Source: Saprospiraceae bacterium (GTDB lineage Bacteria; Bacteroidota; Bacteroidia; Chitinophagales; Saprospiraceae). Taken from it: DNA of 64,000 nucleotides. This document shows, in pieces, positions 38,741-47,961 of this stretch. The translations under genes were made by a program, and so were the position numbers. Below the pieces are notes generated by a model. That model was not told the DNA's origin. It saw nothing but the letters and a program-made list of their open reading frames with translations, and made no database searches. The stretch lies in assembly GCA_020630435.1 (NCBI GenBank), contig JAHDBJ010000005.1:93440-157439 (forward strand), in the 5' to 3' direction. How positions within the stretch are numbered: the stretch's first letter is position 1; each line of letters opens with the position of its first letter.

Positions 38741-40327
38741 TTAACTCACTAAAATTTTTGGGCCTGCTGCGATGATTTCGGGAGTTGCTTGATCTTCATA
38801 CTGTTTGAAGTTTTCAATAAATAGATGTGCTAATTTATTAGCTGTTGTATCATAATCCTCCTCATTGCGCCAAGTATCTCTCGGATTTAAAATGGCATTT
38901 GGCACATCTGGGCAACCCTTTGGTATTTCAACACCAAAGACAGGATGCGTATGGAATTCAACTCCTTTCAAACTACCATCTAAAGCGGCTTTAATCATCG
39001 CTCTGGTATAGGATAATTCCATCCTAGAACCTTCTCCATATGCACCACCTGACCAGCCCGTATTGACTAACCATACATTAATTTTATTATCAAGAGATGT
39101 TGAACCCTTACGAATTTTTTCTCCTAGCATCTCTGCATATTTGGTAGGATGCAAAGGTAAAAATGGTGCTCCAAAACAAGCAGAAAATGTTGCTAATGGT
39201 TCTACAATTCCGACTTCTGTTCCTGCAATTTTAGCGGTATATCCGCTAATGAAATGATACATTGCCTGCTCTATAGACAATCGACTAATAGGAGGCAGTA
39301 CTCCAAAAGCATCACAGGTTAAAAAGAAAATATTTTCTGGCACATCTCCTCTAGAGTTGTACATAATATTATCAATATGATAGATAGGATAGCTTACTCT
39401 TGTGTTTTGTGTAATCGAAACATCACTGTAGTCAACAGTACAACCATCTTCTTTAAAGCCTACATTTTCAAGCATCGCCCCAAACTTAATCGCATTAAAT
39501 ATTTGAGGTTCTTTAGAAGCCGACAAATCAATTGTTTTAGCATAACAACCTCCTTCAAAGTTAAATACACTAGAAGAAGACCATCCGTGTTCATCATCTC
39601 CAATAAGGCGACGTTCAGGATCATTAGATAAGGTCGTTTTTCCTGTTCCTGAAAGTCCAAAAAATAGAGCGGTATCTCCTTGTGATCCTACATTAGAAGA
39701 ACAGTGCATGGGAAGCACACTTTTCATTGTAGGCAATAGGAAGTTTAACGCTGAGAAAATCCCTTTTTTGATTTCTCCTGTATAGGCTGTTCCGCCAATA
39801 ATAATTTTGCGTTCTGTAAAATTGATAATTGCAAAATTTTCTTGGCGAGTCTTGACTTTAGTCGTATCTGCCTTAATAGTAGGAAAAGAATAGACTTCCC
39901 AATCTGGTTCAAAATTTACTAAGTCCTTGGAAGAAGGCCGCAAAAACATATTGTAGACAAATAAATTTTGCCATGGATATTCAGTATAAAATCGAACATT
40001 TAAACGATAATTAGGATTAGCACAAGCGTAAGCATCACGCACATACACATTGTCTTGTGCATTGGCATACTCAATGATTTCATTATAGAGTGTATCAAAG
40101 CTTTCCTTATCAATAGCAATATTGATGTCTCCCCAATCTACAGCTTCTGCTGTCAAATCATCTTTGACAATAAAACGATCTTTAGGTGAACGTCCTGTAA
40201 ATTTACCTGTATTGATACAAAGTGCCCCTCGGCTACTTAGTTTTCCCTGTTTGTTAATAATAGTACTTTCTACTAGAACAGAAGGTTCTAAATTCTTAAG
40301 GTGATTTTTTTCAACTAAGACTTTCAT
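38741..40327 (-). CDS. pckA: Phosphoenolpyruvate carboxykinase (ATP)
   Basis: GLSGTGKTTLS kinase-1a motif and the full-length PckA pattern. The track ORF extends to 40369, but the Met at 40327 (MKVLVEKNHLKNLE) fits the family N-terminus. Confidence 0.9.
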   Translation of the reverse strand: MKVLVEKNHLKNLEPSVLVESTIINKQGKLSSRGALCINTGKFTGRSPKDRFIVKDDLTAEAVDWGDINIAIDKESFDTLYNEIIEYANAQDNVYVRDAYACANPNYRLNVRFYTEYPWQNLFVYNMFLRPSSKDLVNFEPDWEVYSFPTIKADTTKVKTRQENFAIINFTERKIIIGGTAYTGEIKKGIFSALNFLLPTMKSVLPMHCSSNVGSQGDTALFFGLSGTGKTTLSNDPERRLIGDDEHGWSSSSVFNFEGGCYAKTIDLSASKEPQIFNAIKFGAMLENVGFKEDGCTVDYSDVSITQNTRVSYPIYHIDNIMYNSRGDVPENIFFLTCDAFGVLPPISRLSIEQAMYHFISGYTAKIAGTEVGIVEPLATFSACFGAPFLPLHPTKYAEMLGEKIRKGSTSLDNKINVWLVNTGWSGGAYGEGSRMELSYTRAMIKAALDGSLKGVEFHTHPVFGVEIPKGCPDVPNAILNPRDTWRNEEDYDTTANKLAHLFIENFKQYEDQATPEIIAAGPKILVS

Positions 40328-40504
40328 AACAAGAATATTCTTTCTTTTAAATTTAAAATCTGGTTGCAATTTGGCTTATTTGTATGTTTAACACATACTG
40401 GTTTCACAAAGGTACGTAATATATAATAGATTTATAATTACGCTTAGAATATTCTTAAGTCCTACTAATTTAAATTAAGTATGGACTATAGATTAGAATG
40501 CACA

Positions 40505-41203
40505 CTAATAAGGAGATTCCATATCCATATTTTCTTGGAAAAACAATTTTTTATTGGTCATATCAAATGCACAAAGTTGATTCATTTGAGAATGTGCAAA
40601 AAAGAAACAACCATTGTCTATATCAAGACATCGCTGCTGTTCTAAGGTAATCAAACAGCCCTCAATATATGGTTTAGCAACAGGAGTATGTCCATGTACT
40701 ATATAACGATCTCCTAACCACTCGTAGTCAATATTAGGATACCATTGGCGCTCCCAGAGCATTGCATGGACATTAGCATAGGGATCATTTTGGAAGAAAT
40801 CCAGCCCTGCATGAACAAGAATATAGTTCTCTATTTCTTTAAAAAAATGGAGGTTTTTAATAAACGTCCAGTATTCCTCAGGAATATCACGAAACGATTC
40901 GACACCAAAACTTTGAATAGCATTTTTACCACCATTTCTTAACCACACCATCAACCATTTAGGATCGGTCAATGCATCTAGCATCATTTGCTCATGATTT
41001 CCTCTAAGACAGGTTACTGTTGCACCTTCCTTCTGCAGTTTCCAAATGTGATCAATCACCCCTTTTGAATCTGGTCCTCTATCAATATAGTCTCCTAATA
41101 AAAATAATTCGTCATTGGTTGTAAATTCGATTTGATTTAAGAGTGCTTGAAAGGTTTTGGTACAACCATGAATGTCTGAAATTGCAAATTGACGTTTGGG
41201 CAT
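40505..41203 (-). CDS. Metallophosphoesterase (PPP-family Ser/Thr phosphatase-like)
   Basis: DIHGC, GDYIDRG and GNHE motifs. Confidence 0.75.
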   Translation of the reverse strand: MPKRQFAISDIHGCTKTFQALLNQIEFTTNDELFLLGDYIDRGPDSKGVIDHIWKLQKEGATVTCLRGNHEQMMLDALTDPKWLMVWLRNGGKNAIQSFGVESFRDIPEEYWTFIKNLHFFKEIENYILVHAGLDFFQNDPYANVHAMLWERQWYPNIDYEWLGDRYIVHGHTPVAKPYIEGCLITLEQQRCLDIDNGCFFFAHSQMNQLCAFDMTNKKLFFQENMDMESPY

Positions 41204-41308
41204 GAGAGAATTTAATTAATTATTATTTAACAATATTTAAACGGTAAGGAATTCAGATTTGTTCCTCTTTTTTTATAAATTTGTATTGAACCTATTACTT
41301 ATTTTGCC

Positions 41309-41749
41309 ATGAGATTACTTTTATATATTCTAGCCTTCTTCCTTTGTTCTTCACTCTATGCTCAACAACAAATCAATATCTCAGGTAAATGGGTTGGAAA
41401 AATCACACAACAAGAAGGTGGATATGCCTCTGATTATGATATGGAACTTGTATTATATCAAGAAGGTGAAAATATAAAAGGGAAGTCCTATTTTTATATT
41501 GATGACATTTACGCTATACTTGAAATAACTGGAGGTTTCAAAAGTAATATTCTTTTCTATTTCAAAGAAATCAAAATATTAGATGCTGCTACAAAAGAAT
41601 CACTAGAGTGGTGTATTAAAAAGGGACAACTATTATTAAAAAAAGACGGTGACACTTTAAAACTAGAAGGATTTTGGCAGGGAAATTCCGAGGCAGGACC
41701 TTGTATTCCTGGGAAGATTTTTTTAAAAAAAGAAGTTGAGAGAGCCTAA
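41309..41749 (+). CDS. Hypothetical secreted protein
   Basis: Signal peptide (SSLYAQ). Confidence 0.4.
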   Translation: MRLLLYILAFFLCSSLYAQQQINISGKWVGKITQQEGGYASDYDMELVLYQEGENIKGKSYFYIDDIYAILEITGGFKSNILFYFKEIKILDAATKESLEWCIKKGQLLLKKDGDTLKLEGFWQGNSEAGPCIPGKIFLKKEVERA

Positions 41750-41752
41750 AAT

Positions 41753-42292
41753 TTGAATACAACGATTATAGTTATGACAAAAGAGAGCCTTCATAAAAGT
41801 GTTTTCAATCCAGAAAATCCCCGTATTCGCAAAATGATAAAAGATGCAACGACAACATGGAAAATGAATTTTTTTATGCTTTCTAAGATGCCTGGGGGAT
41901 ATTTTTTTGGTCTTAATATTGAATCCATTACTCCTCAAAAAGGCGTTGTCAGTATTCCTTATAGCTGGTGGACAACCAACCCATTCAAATCAATATACTT
42001 TGTAGCCCAAGCTGCCGCCGCAGAAATGTCTACGGCTATCTTAGCTAAAGTAGCAATGGAAGGAAGAGGTAAATTTTCAATGTTGGTTACTAATTTTGAA
42101 GCTGAATATGTTAAGAAAGCTAATACTAGAACTACATTTACTTGTGAAGATGGTCATAAAATGCTTGCCTGTATTCAAAAGGCAATTGATACAGGTGAAG
42201 GTCAAAAAGTAATAATGACTACTGTTGGTAGAAATACAAGCCAAGAAATTGTTTCAAAAATGAACATAACTTGGTCCTTTAAAAAGAAGTAG
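41753..42292 (+). CDS. Hypothetical protein (possibly hotdog-fold, DUF4442-like)
   Basis: Weak resemblance only. 4 nt from the preceding stop, so likely co-transcribed. Confidence 0.3.
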   Translation: MNTTIIVMTKESLHKSVFNPENPRIRKMIKDATTTWKMNFFMLSKMPGGYFFGLNIESITPQKGVVSIPYSWWTTNPFKSIYFVAQAAAAEMSTAILAKVAMEGRGKFSMLVTNFEAEYVKKANTRTTFTCEDGHKMLACIQKAIDTGEGQKVIMTTVGRNTSQEIVSKMNITWSFKKK

Positions 42293-42312
42293 TTTAAGTT
42301 TCAATCAAATCT

Positions 42313-42789
42313 CTAGTATCGGACTCCTATTTTCTTATAAATAAAATGAAGTAACCAAGCTGGACCTATCATCAAGAATTGAACATCTTCTAGAAACGAA
42401 GGCTTTTTTCCCTCAATTTTATGCCCAATAAACTGACCTATCCAAGCAACTACAAAAATAATTATTGAGATTAGTGCTAAAGTTCCCGCATTCCTTCCTA
42501 CCGCTTCAAATATTGCATTATTCCCTAGTAATACCGCACCACCTATAAATATGAAACCTATAAACATCGGAATAGATAAACGCAAATAATATAGCAAGGT
42601 CAATCCTAAAAGAACCGTCGTCCAATTCATAAAAAGAGTTCGAGGCACAAAGAATGGGATAGCATATACTAAACCTAATAAACTAAACACAATAGCAGGC
42701 ACACACACCCAATGTATAAGTTTATTTGTAGCATTCTGGTGACTTTCACCATATTTCTCTAAAAACCAATCAATTTTTCTAGTAGACAT
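42313..42789 (-). CDS. DUF962 (Mpo1-like) membrane protein
   Basis: MSTRKIDWFLEKYGESHQNATNKLIHWVCVP N-terminus is typical of DUF962. Confidence 0.45.
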   Translation of the reverse strand: MSTRKIDWFLEKYGESHQNATNKLIHWVCVPAIVFSLLGLVYAIPFFVPRTLFMNWTTVLLGLTLLYYLRLSIPMFIGFIFIGGAVLLGNNAIFEAVGRNAGTLALISIIIFVVAWIGQFIGHKIEGKKPSFLEDVQFLMIGPAWLLHFIYKKIGVRY

Positions 42790-42871
42790 AATATCATTGA
42801 ATTAAAAGTTAGGGATGATTCTTCCTAAAGTTAACAAAAATATCAAATAAAAAGAACGTTCAAGTTAGATG

Positions 42872-44089
42872 TCAAGCAGTTATTCCTGCATAATCTGATA
42901 AATATTGAAATTTATTTGTTAATCTCCCATTCAATGTAATTGTTGCCCCTAATAACATTTGACTAATTTCTTCGTCTAATATTTCTTCAATGATATTTGC
43001 AATAAATTGCTCTCCAAATGCTTCTGAAGCATCTCTAGGCAATTCATTCGGCAGATTATCAATCGTCATCATATCGACTACTTTATCCTGATGTGGAGGA
43101 GCTATTGCTTCAGTTTCTACATTATAACCAAATATCGGATCGGCTATTGTCGATGCAAATAATGTAGAAGGAATAGATGCTACAGGAGCTATATCACAGG
43201 TCACATCTGCTATGACTTTAATCTTAAATGCCTCCTTTTTCATATCTGCTTTCGTAAAAAAAGCTGGTGCATTATTATCCCAATAAATCCCATTCATCAT
43301 TATATCAGATTCTCTGTAATAGGGTGCAAAAATACTTCTATAGTTATAAGGATGCCGATAAAAATCTAATTTATTGAATGGTTTTCCATCTTTATGAGTG
43401 ACGTATGACGCACTACTAACTTGAGTATAGACAGGTTTATCATATTTTATTTGTAAATATTCTTCTGGAGATACTTTTTCGACTCCCATATCATCAAGCA
43501 CTCTTATTATACCACTAGCTACACGACCACTCCCCGTCACCACTATTTTTATAGGAGGAAAATCTGTATTTAAATAAATACTTTGGGCTTCTTTGTAATC
43601 TCTACAATCTTTCATACGTTTCAAGTCAAATTGACCTGTTCGCCAACCATAGGTCATCATCCCATTATGAGCACCAACCATACCTGCAAACTTACCAAAA
43701 GCTATCAATCGTCTATTATCTGGTGATGTCAACACTTCATAGTCAATCAATCGAATTTTCTTTTGTAATACTGCTTTAATTAAATCCTTATTATGTGGTT
43801 GTTTTTTTATAGTATGAGAAAAAAAGAAATAGGTTTTCCCCTTAATTAATGCTTCTATTGGTACTTCTTTTACACCAAGTAGAATATCACTTTCTGAAAC
43901 GTCTTTTTTTACTGGAATACCACAAGATAAATATTCTTCATCTGTATAACATCGACTAGTTGAAGACTGAACGATGATGTCGATGGGGTACTTATTCATT
44001 AAATAAGCACACTGCTCTGGAATAAGGGGTACTCGTGAATCTGGTGGCATTTTTTCCTCTCGGATAATCCCAAGTTTTAATTTATTCAT
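42872..44089 (-). CDS. Saccharopine dehydrogenase-like oxidoreductase with AlaDH/PNT N-terminal domain
   Basis: GIIREEKMPPDSRVPLIPEQC N-terminus (AlaDH/PNT-like) and a Rossmann segment VVTGSGRVASG. Confidence 0.5.
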   Translation of the reverse strand: MNKLKLGIIREEKMPPDSRVPLIPEQCAYLMNKYPIDIIVQSSTSRCYTDEEYLSCGIPVKKDVSESDILLGVKEVPIEALIKGKTYFFFSHTIKKQPHNKDLIKAVLQKKIRLIDYEVLTSPDNRRLIAFGKFAGMVGAHNGMMTYGWRTGQFDLKRMKDCRDYKEAQSIYLNTDFPPIKIVVTGSGRVASGIIRVLDDMGVEKVSPEEYLQIKYDKPVYTQVSSASYVTHKDGKPFNKLDFYRHPYNYRSIFAPYYRESDIMMNGIYWDNNAPAFFTKADMKKEAFKIKVIADVTCDIAPVASIPSTLFASTIADPIFGYNVETEAIAPPHQDKVVDMMTIDNLPNELPRDASEAFGEQFIANIIEEILDEEISQMLLGATITLNGRLTNKFQYLSDYAGITA

Positions 44090-44373
44090 ACGTGGTTATC
44101 AATTTGGTTAAGGCAGTTTCCTATTCATCTAGGAAAATCTGCTTCAAAAGTAGGAAAAATTTAATAAAATTATTCCCATACTTCTTCTTCTAACCATTTT
44201 ATGGTTTCGGATAAAGCATCTGTATAAGCACAACCTTGATAATGGGAATCAATAATCAATGAATATAAAAAAGACCACCTTTTCAGGTAGCCTTTTAAAA
44301 CCTTGGGAAATTCGTCAAAACAACAACTCTATTATACTACAAATGCCTGCATTTAATCACAATTATTATATTT

Positions 44374-45759
44374 TTATAATCTAGTCACCCTATAACGAAC
44401 CCATATTTGTTCACCTCTATCTGACTGGTAATAATATTTTATTTCTCCACTTCCTGTTCTTAATTCAATACGATTATTTTCTAGTATTCTAAATCTATCA
44501 TTAGCTGAACTTCCATCATGTTCTGTTAATGTTCCCAATACTTCAAGTCCTGCTCTTCTATTTACAACATCTGCCCGTTTAAATTCATATGTAAATGATT
44601 GATTAATATTAATTACCCCCCTATTGATAGCTATTTTACTTCTACTACTTTCTGCTTTGGCACTTCTTTCTGATGCTGACCAAAATGTGCGACTTCTTGC
44701 GCCTATTGCATAGATTGGATTTATGGAAAGACTTCCAAAAAATTCTGCATGTGATCCACTATCATCACAAGAATGACAGTATAAATCTAAAATTTCAACT
44801 TTATACCTCAGGTTACTCGTTCTTGAATTACTACCACTTCTTGTACCGCTTGATGAACTAGAACTTCTATCTGAACGACTACTACTAGAACTGCTTCTGC
44901 TGCTACTTGAACTACTGTTATTACTTCTAGTTCCATTCCCACTTGCCGTGTAAGCAATCACTACAAATTTTGCATTTCTAGGCATTGCTTGAACATCTTC
45001 ATTGTAGATGCTCCAGTATCCTCTATTATAATATACGCCCGTATTATGGTTATTGTAAACGCTAGTCCACATTGGCGTAATGAAAACAAAAGCATTCGCT
45101 TTATTGTTTGTTTTAGCATTGTCCAACTTGGTCATATGTCCCGCAGGAGTTGATGCTGTATGTACAAAAGATTGAGAATGATTTACCATTACGTTAAACC
45201 TAGCATTCTCTGGCATGGCTTTAAAATTTTGGTTAAAGATTCTCCATCTTCCATTCGAATAATATACACCAATTGGGTTATTATTATAAACACTCACCCA
45301 ACTTTGAGTAACCATCAACTTCGCATTTGGATTATTATTGGCAGCAGGATGATCAATAGTCGTGATATGTCCACCTATAGTCGATTTTTTCGCAGTATGC
45401 ACAAACACCCCTCTATCAGCCGTAGTTCTAACTAGCACATTAAAATTAGCATTTTCAGGTAGTTCCGTTTTATCTTGTTGGAATATTGCCCATTTTTTCA
45501 ACTGTAAGGAAAAAAACACTCCTAGTGGCGCTTGAACATAAGGACCACTTCTAAAATCATGGGTAATAAAAAGTACTTTATTTCCTTGATTATTTGTACG
45601 TGCATGATCAATTACAGTATAATTATTGACTATATTTGAAGCTGTAGCTCTATGTTTAAAGGTACTCGACTGTGCAAAAGTTACAACAGTATTTCCTAAT
45701 AAAAGTATAAATGATAATACTGTATATCGTTTAATGTTTTCCAAAAAATTCGTTTTCAT
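44374..45759 (-). CDS. Secreted protein with three tandem ~85-aa domain repeats and a Ser/Arg-rich low-complexity tract
   Basis: Signal peptide. Repeats share the pattern NN.N.K..V....W.SVYNN...GVYY..G.W.I.N......P.NA.F.V. SSSSSSRSSSSSSRSDRSSSSSS tract. Confidence 0.5.
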   Translation of the reverse strand: MKTNFLENIKRYTVLSFILLLGNTVVTFAQSSTFKHRATASNIVNNYTVIDHARTNNQGNKVLFITHDFRSGPYVQAPLGVFFSLQLKKWAIFQQDKTELPENANFNVLVRTTADRGVFVHTAKKSTIGGHITTIDHPAANNNPNAKLMVTQSWVSVYNNNPIGVYYSNGRWRIFNQNFKAMPENARFNVMVNHSQSFVHTASTPAGHMTKLDNAKTNNKANAFVFITPMWTSVYNNHNTGVYYNRGYWSIYNEDVQAMPRNAKFVVIAYTASGNGTRSNNSSSSSSRSSSSSSRSDRSSSSSSGTRSGSNSRTSNLRYKVEILDLYCHSCDDSGSHAEFFGSLSINPIYAIGARSRTFWSASERSAKAESSRSKIAINRGVININQSFTYEFKRADVVNRRAGLEVLGTLTEHDGSSANDRFRILENNRIELRTGSGEIKYYYQSDRGEQIWVRYRVTRL

Positions 45760-45852
45760 CTTAAAGGATTTTATTGTTTTTGAATAATGTACAACCCTTT
45801 ATACTTTGAAAATGTATGGCGTTACTAATTTTGATATTTTTTTAAAAAAAAT

Positions 45853-47733
45853 TTATTGGTATTGCAAACGATAACGATATACAATATATTTGTCATTCTC
45901 CTTTAGCCATTCTAGTTGTTTGGTTTCAGGAAAATGACGAGCAGATTCCATGACCTTCTTTGGAAAATCAGTATGATCTAAATTTAAGTTCCAACGACTA
46001 TCTAATTTACTTTTTATTACTAGAATATCTTTTTCCTTTTTCTTCAATTTTTGTAAGATATCAGGCTTGGGGTTTGAAGTAACAAAAGACATGATAGATT
46101 CTGCATTTTTTTCAGAAATTCGACCTGCATAACCTGATATTATTGGAAGCGAAGTTATCATATTAAATCGATAACAGTCTTTTGCCCAGCCATCTTGTGG
46201 ATCAATGTTATAATTCATATTTGATGCTCCTGCAACAAATATTGGTAGCGGTAATATTGCTTGAAATTCTGTTAAATTCAAATCTTTTATAAGTTCTTTT
46301 TGAGCATTCAAGGTAGCCTCACTAAAAACATTTGAACCTTCATAAATTAACTCTTCCCGTTGATAAAAAGAATAACCATCTATTAAAATCAATATAGGAA
46401 AGATAAAAATAAGACCTCTAAATAATTTGGGCAATTGGGTGTTAAAAACGATTTGATTTAAGCTGTATAAGACTACTAAATTTAATAGCCAAAAAATCGG
46501 CCAGTTGAACCTTGCTAAGGTTCGAAACTGGGTAAAAACATCTGATATTTTTACTAGATAAAAAAACGGATTTAAATAATTTTTAAAAGAAATAGAACGA
46601 TTGAAGAGATGCACATCAATTCCTATTGCTACAATATAAAATAACAGGCTTGCTATAAGAAAGCAAAACATCATTCTTTCATTATATGCAGTAAAAACAG
46701 CCGTTTTATACTTGCTAATTCTATAAAATATTAGTACTAAAATTCCTAGTAAAGCAAAACTTCCTACATAACTATTGCTTTCACCATTTATATTGAAACT
46801 AATATAGTCAAGAGGTTTAAAAATATTCCAATCATAAGCATTGATAATCGCTTCGGGAACCAAGTTCCATTCTACCCAATTGAACCCTGCTCCATTAATC
46901 AATCGTTCGCTTGAATATTCATCTATAATACCATAGAAAATAGCAATTATTATAAATGCTACTATTGGTGTACTACATAGATATAATCCTTTTTTAAAAT
47001 ACTGTTTTATATCTAATGAAGAGAAATTCAATACTCCCTCTATAAGCACTAAAACCAGTAAGACTGCTATACTCAGTACTGGTAGATATATATGTGTCAG
47101 ACATGCCATACCATAAAACAAAACACTTAGCATCCATTTCCAAATACCAAACGTTGAAGTCTGCTCTTGATAATACCTAGTAAACTGTACTATTGGGAAA
47201 ACAATAAAAATCGGTGTAGCTAAATTCATATGCCCATTAACTAACCTTAGGAACTGCGGACATATAGAAGGCAAAACTAAAGCAGCTATCAATGACCAGA
47301 GATAATTAACCTTTAGCATTTGAAGTAATTTATAAAATAAAATGCTACAAAAGATAAATAGAATGACCAAATAGAAGTGAAAGATTTGAAAAGTATAATT
47401 TTTTAAACTTGGAAAATAATGTCCTAAAAATTTCAATGGAATAGCAACACAAGGCGTATTATCTGTATAAAGTACATATTCTCCATAAGGATAAAATATA
47501 TCTTCTAATTTAAAAAAGGAATTAGAAGGTAATTCTGATTGTACATATTGTTTGAGGGCATAATAGTTTCTAGAACCATCATAGTAATTTGCAAAAAGAT
47601 AGTCTTGTTTAGGGGAGAGATGCCCCCAGTATAAAAATAGGTTAAATGCTATTGTAAGCAAGCAAAATAACAGCATTTTTTGATTAGATAAAAAGTCTAA
47701 TTCAAATACTATTTTTTTTAGATAGGTTACCAT
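45853..47733 (-). CDS. Large polytopic membrane protein (>=12 TM) with a C-terminal soluble domain. Possible GT-C-type glycosyltransferase
   Basis: Hydropathy pattern only. No confident motif. Confidence 0.35.
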   Translation of the reverse strand: MVTYLKKIVFELDFLSNQKMLLFCLLTIAFNLFLYWGHLSPKQDYLFANYYDGSRNYYALKQYVQSELPSNSFFKLEDIFYPYGEYVLYTDNTPCVAIPLKFLGHYFPSLKNYTFQIFHFYLVILFIFCSILFYKLLQMLKVNYLWSLIAALVLPSICPQFLRLVNGHMNLATPIFIVFPIVQFTRYYQEQTSTFGIWKWMLSVLFYGMACLTHIYLPVLSIAVLLVLVLIEGVLNFSSLDIKQYFKKGLYLCSTPIVAFIIIAIFYGIIDEYSSERLINGAGFNWVEWNLVPEAIINAYDWNIFKPLDYISFNINGESNSYVGSFALLGILVLIFYRISKYKTAVFTAYNERMMFCFLIASLLFYIVAIGIDVHLFNRSISFKNYLNPFFYLVKISDVFTQFRTLARFNWPIFWLLNLVVLYSLNQIVFNTQLPKLFRGLIFIFPILILIDGYSFYQREELIYEGSNVFSEATLNAQKELIKDLNLTEFQAILPLPIFVAGASNMNYNIDPQDGWAKDCYRFNMITSLPIISGYAGRISEKNAESIMSFVTSNPKPDILQKLKKKEKDILVIKSKLDSRWNLNLDHTDFPKKVMESARHFPETKQLEWLKENDKYIVYRYRLQYQ

Positions 47734-47961
47734 TTTTTAATTGAGTTTTAGGACTAAATAATGATAACTAAAATTTGTTAATTATTTTTAACACAGTTGA
47801 ATAAAAAAGCATAATAAAATAACCCCAAAGATAAATTGCCCCCTCACCCCTCATTACTTTAACATCTGTCACAAAACCTAATAAAAAAGGAAAATCTTAT
47901 ATCAAATTATGTTCATTATTGGATAATACATAATTATCTAAAGATTTAAAAAAATATTATT

